A stretch of 64,000 bases of DNA from an uncultured Fimbriimonadaceae bacterium (GCA_964405335.1 CAYONP010000020.1:2069-66068), one strand, 5' to 3'. Positions 1-9,332 are shown, counted from the stretch's first letter. A program made the numbers and translations. Notes: a model not told the origin generated them from the letters alone.

Positions 1-734
1 TCGCGGCGGTCGGGCGAGACCGCCAGGCTGCCGGCCTCGACCGGCCGCCGCCAGAGCAGCGCCAGGTCGTCCCAGCGGCGCAGCGCGAGTTCACCGCCGC
101 CGAGCACCAGCAGCCCGGCGTCGCCGCCGAGCAGCCGCAGCGCTTCGACCGGGCGCGAGCCGGCCCAGGCCAGGCGGGCGCCCGTGTCCACCCGCCAGCG
201 CGTCAGCCGGTGCGCCCCAGCCTCTGCCTCGGCGGTGAGGCAGTCCACTCCCGTCGGGTCGAGCAGCAGTGCGGTGACCTCGCCGGCGACGGCCAGCGCG
301 CGCGCGGGCCGGCCGTCGCGCAGGTCGATGATCGGCACGCCGTGGGTGCCGGTGACCGCCACCAGCGGCCGGTCGCGCGCGGCGGCACCGGCCAGCCTCA
401 GGCAGCGCATCGGCCAGTGAGCCGGCTCGCCGTCGCCGGCGCGCAGCCACAGGCCGTCGGCCGCGACGACGGCGAGCCGACCGCCGGCGAGCCAGAACGG
501 ATCGCCGAGCCGGCCGGCGCCGACCGACCAACGCCCGCCGGCGCGTCGCGTGGTCAAATCGTATTGCGCCACGGCATCGGCCTCGGGCGCCGGCCGGGCC
601 ACGCGCACCGCGGCGGTGGTCCCGTCGGGCGAGAGGCAGAGCCCGCTCAGGCGCTCGCCCGGCAGCGCGATGGTCCATCGCCCGGCGACCTCGGCCGGCG
701 CCAAGCCGAGCAGCAGGGCGACGAGGAGGCTCAT
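1..734 (-). CDS. secreted hypothetical protein, 5'-complete, truncated by the window edge (possible beta-propeller-like)
   Basis: Not in the ORF track because it has no in-window stop. My own translation of the minus strand from ATG at 734-732 gives MSLLVALLLGLAPAEVAG..., a signal peptide, and reads open to position 1 with high GC3. The ATG overlaps the lysA stop (ATGA). The listed 91..786 minus ORF is an Arg-rich alternate frame. Confidence 0.5.
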   Translation of the reverse strand, partial: MSLLVALLLGLAPAEVAGRWTIALPGERLSGLCLSPDGTTAAVRVARPAPEADAVAQYDLTTRRAGGRWSVGAGRLGDPFWLAGGRLAVVAADGLWLRAGDGEPAHWPMRCLRLAGAAARDRPLVAVTGTHGVPIIDLRDGRPARALAVAGEVTALLLDPTGVDCLTAEAEAGAHRLTRWRVDTGARLAWAGSRPVEALRLLGGDAGLLVLGGGELALRRWDDLALLWRRPVEAGSLAVSPDRR

Positions 735-2041
735 CGCGCCGACCGCAGCCGCTCCGGCAGCAGCTCGCAGCGGAGCAGGTCGTCATAGGTCTCGCGGCGG
801 ACGATCAGCTCGGCCCGGCCGTCGGCGACCAGAACCATTGCCGGGCGGCAGAGCCGGTTGTAGTTGCTGGCCATCGAGTGGCAGTAGGCCCCGGTGCTCT
901 GCACCGCCAGCAGGTCGCCCGGCCGCGGGTCGGCCAGGGCCACGTCGCGGAACAGCGTGTCGGTCTCGCAGTGCTTGCCGGCAACGGTGACGGTGCGCTT
1001 CGGCTCGGCGTCGGCGCGGTCGGCGATGAAGCAGTGATACTCGGCGCCGTACATCTCGGGCCGCGGATTGTCGCTCAGCCCGCCATCGACGCTGAGGTAG
1101 GTGCGCACGCCGGGGATCTCTTTGATCGGCCCGACGCGGTAGAGCGTCAGCCCGGCCTCGCCGGCAATCGAGCGGCCCGGCTCGATCAGCAGGCGTGGAG
1201 CGGGCAGCCCGAGTTCGCTCCGCCGGGCGTCGAACGCGCCGACCACCTCGCGGCAGAACTCGGCCGGCGGCGGTGGGTCGTGCTCGGGCAGGTAACGGAT
1301 GCCCAGCCCGCCGCCCAGGTTAACCTGCCGGCAGTCGACGCCGGTGGCCTCGCGGATGGCGGCCATCAGGTCGGCCAGTTGCACCGCGGCGGCGGCGAAG
1401 GCCTGCCAGCCGAGGACCTGCGAGCCGATGTGCATGTGCAGGCCGAGGAACTCGACGCCGTCGAGCACGGTCGCCCGCCGGCAGGCGGCCAGCGCCTGGC
1501 CCGAGCCGATGCTCAGCCCGAATTTCGAGTCGATCTGGCCGACCTGCACGGCGGTGTGAGTCTTCGGCTTGACGTTGGGATTGACCCGTACCAGGACCGG
1601 AGTTGGCCGGCCGCCCAGCGCGGCCCATTGCTCGAGCTCGTCGAGGCTGTCGACGACCACGCGGCCGACGCCGGCGTCGTGGGCGAAGGCGATCTCGGCC
1701 GCGGACTTGTAGTTGCCGTGGAAGACGATCCGGGCCGGGTCAATCCCGGCCTGCAGCGCGACGGCCAGCTCGCCGCCCGAGGCGACGTCGAGGCCGAGGC
1801 CCTCGTCGGCGACCAGCCGGGCGACGGCGACGGTGAGCAACGCCTTGCCGGCATAGAGCAGTTCGCCGGAGTCGGCGACTGCGGCCAGCGCGGCGCGCCA
1901 GGCGCGGCAGTTGTCGCGAAAGTGCTGTTCATCGACGACGTAGAGCGGGGTACCGAACTGCTCGGCCAGCTCGACGGCGTCGCAGCCGCCGATCTCGAGG
2001 TGTCCCGCGTGGTTGACTCGTTGCGTCCCAAGGCGCATCAT
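731..2041 (-). CDS. lysA: diaminopimelate decarboxylase
   Basis: 436-aa ORF with a fold-III PLP decarboxylase signature end to end (GKALLTVAVARL, HIGSQ, GGGLGIRY, EPGRSIAGEAG). Confidence 0.9.
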   Translation of the reverse strand: MMRLGTQRVNHAGHLEIGGCDAVELAEQFGTPLYVVDEQHFRDNCRAWRAALAAVADSGELLYAGKALLTVAVARLVADEGLGLDVASGGELAVALQAGIDPARIVFHGNYKSAAEIAFAHDAGVGRVVVDSLDELEQWAALGGRPTPVLVRVNPNVKPKTHTAVQVGQIDSKFGLSIGSGQALAACRRATVLDGVEFLGLHMHIGSQVLGWQAFAAAAVQLADLMAAIREATGVDCRQVNLGGGLGIRYLPEHDPPPPAEFCREVVGAFDARRSELGLPAPRLLIEPGRSIAGEAGLTLYRVGPIKEIPGVRTYLSVDGGLSDNPRPEMYGAEYHCFIADRADAEPKRTVTVAGKHCETDTLFRDVALADPRPGDLLAVQSTGAYCHSMASNYNRLCRPAMVLVADGRAELIVRRETYDDLLRCELLPERLRSAR

Positions 2042-2112
2042 CGGCGGCCGGCTCCGGCAATCGGCCGGCCGATTATACCGATCCGGACGCGGAGCGGCAA
2101 GCGCGAGTCGGC

Positions 2113-2141
2113 TTGACAGGCGACCTGGCGTCGGCTACAAT
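2113..2141 (+). promoter_or_regulatory. near-consensus sigma70 promoter (TTGACA-17nt-TACAAT) upstream of the ACP gene
   Basis: TTGACA at 2113-2118, 17-nt spacer, TACAAT at 2136-2141. GGAG lies ~8 nt before the ATG at 2190. The region is divergent from lysA. Confidence 0.5.
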
Positions 2142-2189
2142 CCGCCGGATTGCGAGCCACGCACGCGGTCCTCGGTTTGGAGTCAAAGC

Positions 2190-2438
2190 ATGGATGTGGG
2201 CGGCCAGATCTTGCAGATCATCGCCGACTACAAGCAGGTCGACGTTGCTGAGATCGAGCCGTCCAAGACGTTCGCCGACCTGGACATCGATTCCCTTGAA
2301 GCCATCGACCTGGTCTACGAAATCGAGGACGCCCTGAAGGTCGAGGTACCCCAGGAAGAGCTCGACGGCATGCACACCGTTGCCGACATGCTCGCGGTCG
2401 TCTCGCGTCTCGCCGACGGCGAGTCGGCCGAGGCCTGA
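2190..2438 (+). CDS. acyl carrier protein
   Basis: 82 aa from an internal ATG of the 2013..2438 ORF. DLDIDSLEAIDLV phosphopantetheine-attachment motif (DSL), acidic, ACP-sized. Confidence 0.85.
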   Translation: MDVGGQILQIIADYKQVDVAEIEPSKTFADLDIDSLEAIDLVYEIEDALKVEVPQEELDGMHTVADMLAVVSRLADGESAEA

Positions 2439-2458
2439 GACCACCGCCCGAGAGCGCC

Positions 2459-3685
2459 ATGCGACGCGTCGTCGTGACCGGGATCGGCGTCGTCAGCGCC
2501 ATTGGACTCGACACCACCAGCTACACCGCCGGACTGCGCGAATCACGGCCCGGCACCGGACTGATTACCCGCCTGGACCGTGAGCGGTACCACACCCAGG
2601 TCGGCGCCGAGGTGGTCGGTCTCGGTTTCGATCACCTCATGCCGCCGGGCGACCAGCGCCACATCGACCGCCAGTCGCTGCTCGCGGTCGAAGCCGCGCA
2701 GCAGGCGGTCGACGCCGCGGGCTTCACCAGCGAGCCGGACCCGTTCCGCTGCGGCTGCATACTGGGCACCGGCATGGGACCGGCCGAGGCGGTCGAGGAG
2801 TCGGTCACCGCGTTCCATGTCGAGCACAAGAAGCCGCGGCCGACGATGATCCCGAAGATGATGGACAATGCCGCGGTGGGCCACGTCTCGATGCGCTTCC
2901 GCTGCCGCGGCGCGTCGCAGATGATCGTCACCGCCTGCAGCGCCTCGGCGCACGCACTGGGCCAGGCGATGCTGCTCATCCGCCACGGCGCCTGCGACGC
3001 CTGCCTGGCGGGCGGCAGCGAGGCGTTCCCCGGCCCGGCACTGTTCGCCGCCTGGGACTCGATGCGCGTCATGTCTCGCTCCAATGACCGCCCGCAGGCC
3101 GCCTGCCGGCCCTTTTCGCGCGACCGCGAGGGCTTCGTCATGGGCGAGGGCGCGGCCGTCATGGTGCTCGAAAGCGAGGAGCGCGCCCGCGCCCGCGGCG
3201 CCGAGATACTCGGCGAGCTGGCCGGCGTCGGCCTCAGCTCCGATGCGCATCACATCACCCAACCGCAGAGCGACGGGCAGCAGGCGGCCATCCGCGCCGC
3301 GCTCGACGATGCGCGCATTCGGCCCGAGCAGGTCGGCTACATCAACGCCCACGGCACGGCGACGCTGATCAACGATCCGCTCGAGAGCCAGTCGATTCGG
3401 GCGGCCTACGGCCCGGCGGCCGAACAGATCCCGGTCAGCTCGACCAAATCGGCGCTGGGCCACACCATCGGCGCCGCCGGAGCGCTCGAGGCGGCGGCGA
3501 CGCTGCTGGCCATGGGCGAGGGCTTCGTGCCGGCCACGCTGCATCTCGACGAGGTCGACCCCGAGTGCCGGCTCTGCCACGTGCCTGGCACCGCGCGCGA
3601 GCACCGGTTCGACATCGGTGTCAGCCACTCGTTCGCCTTTGGCGGGCACAACGTGGTGCTCGTCCTCCGCCGCTATGCCGGCTGA
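2459..3685 (+). CDS. beta-ketoacyl-ACP synthase I/II family (KAS, FabF/FabB-like)
   Basis: 408 aa. Active-site Cys in TACSASAHALGQA. Catalytic His motifs HGTAT and GHTIGAAG. C-terminal SHSFAFGGHN. Confidence 0.9.
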   Translation: MRRVVVTGIGVVSAIGLDTTSYTAGLRESRPGTGLITRLDRERYHTQVGAEVVGLGFDHLMPPGDQRHIDRQSLLAVEAAQQAVDAAGFTSEPDPFRCGCILGTGMGPAEAVEESVTAFHVEHKKPRPTMIPKMMDNAAVGHVSMRFRCRGASQMIVTACSASAHALGQAMLLIRHGACDACLAGGSEAFPGPALFAAWDSMRVMSRSNDRPQAACRPFSRDREGFVMGEGAAVMVLESEERARARGAEILGELAGVGLSSDAHHITQPQSDGQQAAIRAALDDARIRPEQVGYINAHGTATLINDPLESQSIRAAYGPAAEQIPVSSTKSALGHTIGAAGALEAAATLLAMGEGFVPATLHLDEVDPECRLCHVPGTAREHRFDIGVSHSFAFGGHNVVLVLRRYAG

Positions 3686-4103
3686 GCCGCGGCAGGTCGA
3701 GTCGGCCGGCGGCGTGATCCTCAACGGCGGCCGCGTGCTGCTGCTCAACAAGCGCACCAACCCCGAGTGGCGACTGCCCAAGGGCAGCGTCGAGCCCGGC
3801 GAGGAGCCGCGCGCTGCGGCCCTTCGCGAGGTCGCCGAGGAGACCGGCTTCACCGACCTTGAGGTGACCGGCGACCTCGGCGTGCAGACGGTCTTGTTCC
3901 GGCTCGCCGACGGCCTGGTCGAGCGCCGCGAGCACTCCTTCGCCTTGGCCTTGCGCAGCTTCGCCCGGCGGCCGCGGTCGCCGCGCGACTCGTTCCGCTT
4001 CGGCGTCGTCTGGCTGCCGGTCGAACAAGCGCTGGACCGCCTCAGCTTCGACAGCGAGCGGGCCGTGCTGCGGCGCGCCCTGGAGCTTGAGCAACAGGAC
4101 TGA
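3675..4103 (+). CDS. NUDIX hydrolase
   Basis: Nudix box GSVEPGEEPRAAALREVAEETG. Start chosen at the internal ATG (MPAEPRQ...) overlapping the KAS 3' end; the ORF frame opens at 3618. Confidence 0.7.
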   Translation: MPAEPRQVESAGGVILNGGRVLLLNKRTNPEWRLPKGSVEPGEEPRAAALREVAEETGFTDLEVTGDLGVQTVLFRLADGLVERREHSFALALRSFARRPRSPRDSFRFGVVWLPVEQALDRLSFDSERAVLRRALELEQQD

Positions 4104-4133
4104 GCCGTCGCGCGCCGAACCCCTCGCCGGGAG

Positions 4134-4754
4134 ATGACCATGCGCTGGACGGGTCTGGCCGTTCTGGTCGCGGCGGCGGTGGTGCTGGCCCAGGCCCTGC
4201 CCGAACCGTGGCGGTGGAGCGACGTGGGCAACGTGAGCGTCCCGGGCCGGGTCGCCTTCGACGACGATCGACTGACCGTCGCCGTCGCCGGGGCCGACAT
4301 CTGGGGCACCGCCGACGCCTTCTGCTTCGCCTATCAGCCGCTGCGCGGTGATGGCAGCGTGACCGCGAAGGTGCTGCGCATCGACCGCTCCGACGACTGG
4401 GCCAAGGCGGGGGTGATGATCCGCGAGTCGCTGGCGCCCGGCTCGCCCTACGCGTTCGTCTTCCTCACGCCGCGCAACGGCGCCAGCACGCAGTACCGCG
4501 CGGCGGCCGGCGACGGCGCGCAGGAGGCGCAGCGGCTGAGCGACGTCGGCTCGTCGCTGTGGGTGCATCTTGATCGCTCGGGCAACCAGTTCACGGCCTA
4601 CGTGCGGACGGCCGACGAGGCCGAGTGGCAGCCGGCGGGCAGCGTCACCGTGCCGATGGCCGAGGAGGTGCTGGTCGGCGCGGCGGTGACCAGCCACGCC
4701 CACAAGATCTCCGCCAGGGGCCAGTTCGCGGGGTTGACCGTGCATGAGCGGTGA
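4134..4754 (+). CDS. secreted ConA-like lectin/glucanase-fold protein (DUF1349-like), function unknown
   Basis: Signal peptide MTMRWTGLAVLVAAAVVLAQA. Motif pattern W..G.DIWG..D.F.Y.....GD....AKV...D...DWAKAGVMIRESL is typical of jelly-roll LamG/ConA-like domains. Confidence 0.5.
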   Translation: MTMRWTGLAVLVAAAVVLAQALPEPWRWSDVGNVSVPGRVAFDDDRLTVAVAGADIWGTADAFCFAYQPLRGDGSVTAKVLRIDRSDDWAKAGVMIRESLAPGSPYAFVFLTPRNGASTQYRAAAGDGAQEAQRLSDVGSSLWVHLDRSGNQFTAYVRTADEAEWQPAGSVTVPMAEEVLVGAAVTSHAHKISARGQFAGLTVHER

Positions 4755-4802
4755 GGCGACGATCGCCGGTGAAAGACCGCCCCGCCCCGCGGGTTCCTGA
4801 CC

Positions 4803-5429
4803 ATGACCACCGCGGAGATCTGGCGGCGGTCGGTCGGCGAGGGCGACGAGCAGGCGCGGTCGGAGCTGTTCGAGCGCTACCGGCCGTTCGTCCTGGGCCG
4901 CATCCGTCGGGCGGCGGCGGCGCGGAACTGGTTCTGGCTCGACGACGCCGACGAGCTGGCCCAGGCGGTGCTGGTCCGCTTCTTCGAGGCCGCGCGCGAC
5001 GGGCGGTTCGTCTATCGCGACGAGGAGCAACTGCGCGGCTTCCTGGTACGGACGATCTTCTTCCTGGCCATGAAACGCAAGGACGCCGCGGCGTTCGAGC
5101 GACCGTGGAGCGACCTGGCCGGCGACGACGACCCGGCGGCGCGGTTCGAGCCGCTGCGCTTCGTTGACGCGGCGTTTGACGAGGCGGCCCGGCGCGAGTG
5201 CCGGCGCGAGCTCTACGCCGCGATTGAGCGGCTGCAGCCGGCGCGGCGAGAGGTGCTGACGTACACGCTGCTCGGCCTGGCGCCGCGCGAGATTGCCCCG
5301 CGCATGGGGCGCACGGCCAACGCGGTCTCGGTGCTGAAGTTCCACGCGCTCGAAGACCTGCGGGCCGAGCTCGAGGCGGGCGGGTTTGCCGCCGAGTGCG
5401 CGCGGTTCTGGCTGGATCGCGGAGAGTGA
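4803..5429 (+). CDS. ECF-type RNA polymerase sigma factor
   Basis: Sigma-70 region 2 (FERYRPFVLGRIRR) and region 4 HTH (LTYTLLGLAPREIAPRMGRTANAVSVLKFHA). Confidence 0.8.
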   Translation: MTTAEIWRRSVGEGDEQARSELFERYRPFVLGRIRRAAAARNWFWLDDADELAQAVLVRFFEAARDGRFVYRDEEQLRGFLVRTIFFLAMKRKDAAAFERPWSDLAGDDDPAARFEPLRFVDAAFDEAARRECRRELYAAIERLQPARREVLTYTLLGLAPREIAPRMGRTANAVSVLKFHALEDLRAELEAGGFAAECARFWLDRGE

Positions 5430-5430
5430 C

Positions 5431-6096
5431 ATGGATGACGCCGACATCCTGCGCCGAATGAGCGACGCCGAGGCCGGCCGAAGCACGCCCGAGGCGGCGC
5501 CCGTCGCCCGGATGCTCGGCCTGTTGCGCGGCTTCTCGCCCGCCACGCGCGAGGCCTGCCCCAGCCGCGACGACCTGGTCGCCCACGAGGCCGGCGAGCT
5601 GTCGACCGACGACTCGAGCCGCGTCGCCGCGCACCTCGCCGCCTGCCCCTTCTGCGCCGCCGACCTGGCCGACTACCGAGCGCTGGTCGCGCCGCCGCTG
5701 TTCGAGCTGGTTGCCCGCCTGGTCGCCGACGGCATCGAGCTGGTCCGCCACGGCTTCCCCGCCGGTGGCGCGGCCGAACCGGTGCTGGTCCGCGGCGACG
5801 AGCCGGGTGGCGGCCTGATCCTGATTGCCCCCTGCGACGGCCGCGAGATCGAGGTCCGGCTGCAGCCGGCCACCGCCGAGTCGGCCGACCTGCGGCTCGT
5901 GCTGCGGCCCGACCAGCGCGCCGAGCGCCACCGCCTCAACCTGCTGCGCGGCGACGAGCTGCTCGAGTCGCGCGTCGCCGTCGGCGCCGAGGAGATCACC
6001 TTCGCCGCCGTCGCCGCGGGGGACTACACCGTCGCGGTCGAGCCGCTCGACGGCGGCGCGCCGGCGCGGGTCGGGCTGCGACTGGAGGCCGCGTGA
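5431..6096 (+). CDS. putative anti-sigma factor (zinc-finger type)
   Basis: Immediately downstream of the ECF sigma, overlapping by a few nt. HLAACPFCAADL zinc-binding motif typical of ZAS anti-sigma N-termini. Start taken at the internal ATG (MDDADILRR). Confidence 0.6.
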   Translation: MDDADILRRMSDAEAGRSTPEAAPVARMLGLLRGFSPATREACPSRDDLVAHEAGELSTDDSSRVAAHLAACPFCAADLADYRALVAPPLFELVARLVADGIELVRHGFPAGGAAEPVLVRGDEPGGGLILIAPCDGREIEVRLQPATAESADLRLVLRPDQRAERHRLNLLRGDELLESRVAVGAEEITFAAVAAGDYTVAVEPLDGGAPARVGLRLEAA

Positions 6097-7394
6097 GCAT
6101 CGCCGACGGCCGGCGCCTGCCGCGGGCGGTGTTTCGCATCGACCGCGAGCGGATGCGGCAGGGCTGGTACTCCGACCACTACTTCAACAACATCGCGACC
6201 ATCCTCGGCCACCTGGCCGACGACGGCTACACCTTCGCGGGCGAGCACCCCGCCTGCGACGCCGACCTGGCCCGCGGCGTGGCCGTCGGCGACATTCAGG
6301 TCGAGCTGCAGTTCTTCTGTCGCCGCGAGCCGCGGGCCGTCGCCGCGGGGGTCGACCATGCGCTGGCCATTCTGTCCGAGTGCGCCGAGGGCGACCCGGC
6401 CGCGCTCGAAGTCGAAGCCGTCCAGGACGGCGACCTGCTTCAGCCGTGGCAGCCGGCGCTCCGCGTCCGCGGCCGGTACCGCGACTTCGCCATCCTCGAG
6501 ACCCCGCTGCTCGGCGCCATGGCCCGCCGCACGCGCATCGCCACCAACGTCTACGAGACCTTCATCGCCGCGCGGGGCAAGCCGATCCTGTTCTTCCCCG
6601 CGCGGTTCGACATCCACGAGACCCAAGCCGGCGACGGCTACGCCTACCGCGTCGGCCTCGAGCGCTACAACCTCGACTTTGCCGGCTCGGCTGCACCGGC
6701 CATCAGCACCCACGCCCAGGGCGACTGGTGGGGCCTCACCGGCGGCGGGACCATCGCCCACGCCTACATCCTCAGTTTCTTTGCCGACACCGCCGAGGCG
6801 GTGCTGCAGTTCGCCCGCATCCTGCCGCCCGAGGTGCCACGCATCGCGCTGGTCGACACCAACAACGACTGCGTGACCGACTCGCTGCGCACCGCGCGGC
6901 GGCTGTTCGCCGAGTTCCTCGCCCTCCACCGCGCCGGCCGGCGCGACGAGGCCGAGCGCTACCGCCTGACCGGCGTGCGGGCCGACACCGGCGCCAACCT
7001 GCGCGACGCCTGCGTCGAACCGCTCGGCGACCCGGCGCTCGACTGCGGCGTCAACGCGCGGCTGATCCACCACCTCCGCCGCGCGCTCGACACCGAGGGC
7101 GAGGCGATCGCCGTCGCGCCGGGCGAGCGCGAGCTGGCGCGTACCTATTTCCGCGGGATTAAGATCGTCGCCACCGGCGGGTTCGATCCGGCGCGGATCG
7201 AGCAGTTCGAGGCGCTCGGCGTGCCGGTCGACATCTACGGCGTCGGCAGCTCGCTGCTGCGCGGCCGGCACTGCGACTTCACCGCCGACGTGGTGCGGGT
7301 GAAGCTCGGCGACGACTGGATCGACATGGCCAAAGTCGGCCGCCGTCACCTCGACAACCCCGACCTGCGGCCGGTGGCGATGCCGATGGCTTAG
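6093..7394 (+). CDS. nicotinate phosphoribosyltransferase-family protein
   Basis: 433 aa. Type II PRTase/NAPRTase-like conservation (GGGTIAHAYILSF, VDTNND, GIKIVATGGFD, YGVGSSL). GTG start overlaps the upstream stop (GTGA). Confidence 0.7.
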   Translation: MSIADGRRLPRAVFRIDRERMRQGWYSDHYFNNIATILGHLADDGYTFAGEHPACDADLARGVAVGDIQVELQFFCRREPRAVAAGVDHALAILSECAEGDPAALEVEAVQDGDLLQPWQPALRVRGRYRDFAILETPLLGAMARRTRIATNVYETFIAARGKPILFFPARFDIHETQAGDGYAYRVGLERYNLDFAGSAAPAISTHAQGDWWGLTGGGTIAHAYILSFFADTAEAVLQFARILPPEVPRIALVDTNNDCVTDSLRTARRLFAEFLALHRAGRRDEAERYRLTGVRADTGANLRDACVEPLGDPALDCGVNARLIHHLRRALDTEGEAIAVAPGERELARTYFRGIKIVATGGFDPARIEQFEALGVPVDIYGVGSSLLRGRHCDFTADVVRVKLGDDWIDMAKVGRRHLDNPDLRPVAMPMA

Positions 7395-8377
7395 CGGCTC
7401 CAATCGACCACCACGCCCATCCAGGCCGGGTCCTTCGCCGCCAGCGACGCGTAGGCCGTGCCGAACTCCTGTGGGGCGATGGTCTGGGTCCAGAGCGGGT
7501 CGAGGTCGATGGCGCCGGCGCGTAGCCAGCCGAACGCGCGGTGCAGGTTGGCCTCGGTCGACGGCCCGCCGGCGGGACTCCCGCGCCGCGGCAGCAGCAT
7601 CTCCCAGCCACCTCGGACCGTGACGTGGCTCCAGATGATGCGGCTGAGCAGCGGCGCCAGGTCGACCTGACAAGAGGTGCGCGCGCCGCCCAGGAAGCAG
7701 ACCTCGCCGCCGGGCGCGGTGCTCGCGAGTGCCGTGGGAAAGACGTCGGCCCGGCCGGTGGCGTCGACCGACAACGCCGCGCCGGGGGCGAGCCGGGCGA
7801 TCACGTCGTCGACCGTTGGATCGAGTGTCTCGGCGCCGCACGACTCCGCGCGGGCGCGACGGGGCGCATCGGGGTCGATGCCCACCGCACGCCGGCCGAA
7901 CAGGCCCGCGACGCGGACCAGGAACTGGCCGACCAGGCCGAGCCCGAACACCGCGACAGGCCCGGGCTGGTGCAGCGGCGCGTGGCAGAACGGCGTCAGC
8001 GCGATGTTGATCATCCGGGCGAAACAGGCCGCGCCGGGCTCCAGATCGTCGACCGGCAGCGCCAGCCCGCCGGCGGCCAACAGCTTGTGCGAAGCGTGGC
8101 AGGCCTGGCTGTCGGCCTGCGCGGGGAAGACGAACACGCGCCGGCCGAGCAGGCCGCCGTCGAGCCCCTCGCCGACGGCCTCAACGCGGCCGACGGCGGT
8201 GTAGCCAGGGTAGCCCGGCCGCTCGCGCGCGACGTAGTAGCTGGACAGCTCGGTGCCGGGCGAGATCAGGCTCGCCTCGGTGCGCAGGAGCAGCTCGCCG
8301 GGGCCCGGGTCGGGCAGCTCGAACGGCTCGAGCACGATCTGCTCGGGCGAGTAACAGGCGATTCGCCGTCCCGTCAT
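7391..8377 (-). CDS. zinc-type alcohol dehydrogenase / MDR superfamily oxidoreductase
   Basis: Rossmann GxGxxG (VAVFGLGLVGQ) and an N-terminal GroES-like domain (ISPGTELS). Start at the internal ATG (MTGRRIACYSPEQ). Confidence 0.75.
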   Translation of the reverse strand: MTGRRIACYSPEQIVLEPFELPDPGPGELLLRTEASLISPGTELSSYYVARERPGYPGYTAVGRVEAVGEGLDGGLLGRRVFVFPAQADSQACHASHKLLAAGGLALPVDDLEPGAACFARMINIALTPFCHAPLHQPGPVAVFGLGLVGQFLVRVAGLFGRRAVGIDPDAPRRARAESCGAETLDPTVDDVIARLAPGAALSVDATGRADVFPTALASTAPGGEVCFLGGARTSCQVDLAPLLSRIIWSHVTVRGGWEMLLPRRGSPAGGPSTEANLHRAFGWLRAGAIDLDPLWTQTIAPQEFGTAYASLAAKDPAWMGVVVDWSR

Positions 8378-8453
8378 GCGCGGCTCCCGCCGCGGGTTAC
8401 CCCGCCGCCGACATGCCTCCTCCGCCGGACTCATACTGCCCGAGGAGCAAGGC

Positions 8454-9332
8454 ATGAGCACGGTGACCGACATCCCTGTCGAGGCGCTCGAAGTCCGCGC
8501 CGACGACCTCGACGTCGACCGCGCCGCGGCAATCTACCGCGAGCACGGCGCGCTGGTGGTGCGCGGCTTGATGAAGCCCTACCTGGACGCGATTCAGCGC
8601 GACATCGAGGCCTCGGCGCAGCAGGCGATTGCGCTGCTCGGCGAGGCGCGGCAGGTGCCCGAGGGCTGGGTCACCCCCGACGGCACGCTCTTCCTCCCGG
8701 CCCCGCCGGGCTTCAGCCGCGACCGGCAGATCATGGTCCTCGGCGTCAACTACCAGACCTCGGCGACCTTCTTCCACAGCGCCTTCGACCCGACGATGGT
8801 AGCCATTGTGACAGCCATCCTCGGCCCCGATGTCGAGCTCTTCGGCAACGGCCAGTGCCTTTACAAAGAGCCGGTCGGCGGGCATCCCAAGCACCTGCAC
8901 CAGGACGAGGCCTACTTCGAGCACCGCCACGAGGGGCCGTGCGCCTGCCTCAGCTACGTGGTCGACACCGAGCTGGTCAACGGCGCGCTGTACGTGGTGC
9001 CCGGTTCGCACCGGCTCGGCTCGCTCAAGCACGTCGACACCTTCTCGCACCTCGGCCTCGACGCAGACGAATGGCCGTGGGAGCGGGCGCTGCCAATCTG
9101 CGGCCGGGCCGGCGACAGCATCTTCTTCCACGTCCGGACGATTCACGGCTCGCAGGAGAACCACTCGACCGCCGCGCGCCCGGTGTTCATTCACCGTTAC
9201 CGCCGGGCGGACGACTACGTGGTTATTTCGGCCACCTCGACGACCAACCGCGCCGAGGCGGAGCAGCGCGCGGCGGCGGCGCGGAAGGAGAACCAGCGGG
9301 GGTTCATGGTGGCGGGGTTTCGGGGGTTTTAG
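8454..9332 (+). CDS. phytanoyl-CoA dioxygenase (PhyH) family Fe(II)/2-oxoglutarate oxygenase
   Basis: HQDEAYFEH and a downstream His (VVPGSHRLG) match the PhyH 2-His-1-carboxylate facial triad pattern. Start at the internal ATG (MSTVTD). Confidence 0.75.
   Translation: MSTVTDIPVEALEVRADDLDVDRAAAIYREHGALVVRGLMKPYLDAIQRDIEASAQQAIALLGEARQVPEGWVTPDGTLFLPAPPGFSRDRQIMVLGVNYQTSATFFHSAFDPTMVAIVTAILGPDVELFGNGQCLYKEPVGGHPKHLHQDEAYFEHRHEGPCACLSYVVDTELVNGALYVVPGSHRLGSLKHVDTFSHLGLDADEWPWERALPICGRAGDSIFFHVRTIHGSQENHSTAARPVFIHRYRRADDYVVISATSTTNRAEAEQRAAAARKENQRGFMVAGFRGF

Noticed and set aside
91-786. 231-aa Arg-rich minus-strand ORF (MTTCSAASCCRSGCGRRDEPPRRP...)
   Set aside because: Composition is RRRR/AG-rich shadow-frame. 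A different minus frame gives a clean signal-peptide protein contiguous with lysA, so this is an off-frame artefact of 70% GC.
2543-5546. Long minus-strand ORFs (588 aa and 641 aa) antisense to the KAS, Nudix, secreted-protein and sigma-factor genes
   Set aside because: They overlap strongly supported plus-strand genes and have Arg/Ala/Gly shadow-frame composition. The same reasoning rejects 5825..7162(+), 6024..7841(-), 7541..9529(+), 9577..11634(+), 16591..18564(+), 19463..21484(+), 21693..23426(-), 23626..25875(-), 33639..35252(+), 35952..36956(-), 41328..42806(-), 42776..44746(+), 52210..54012(+) and similar.
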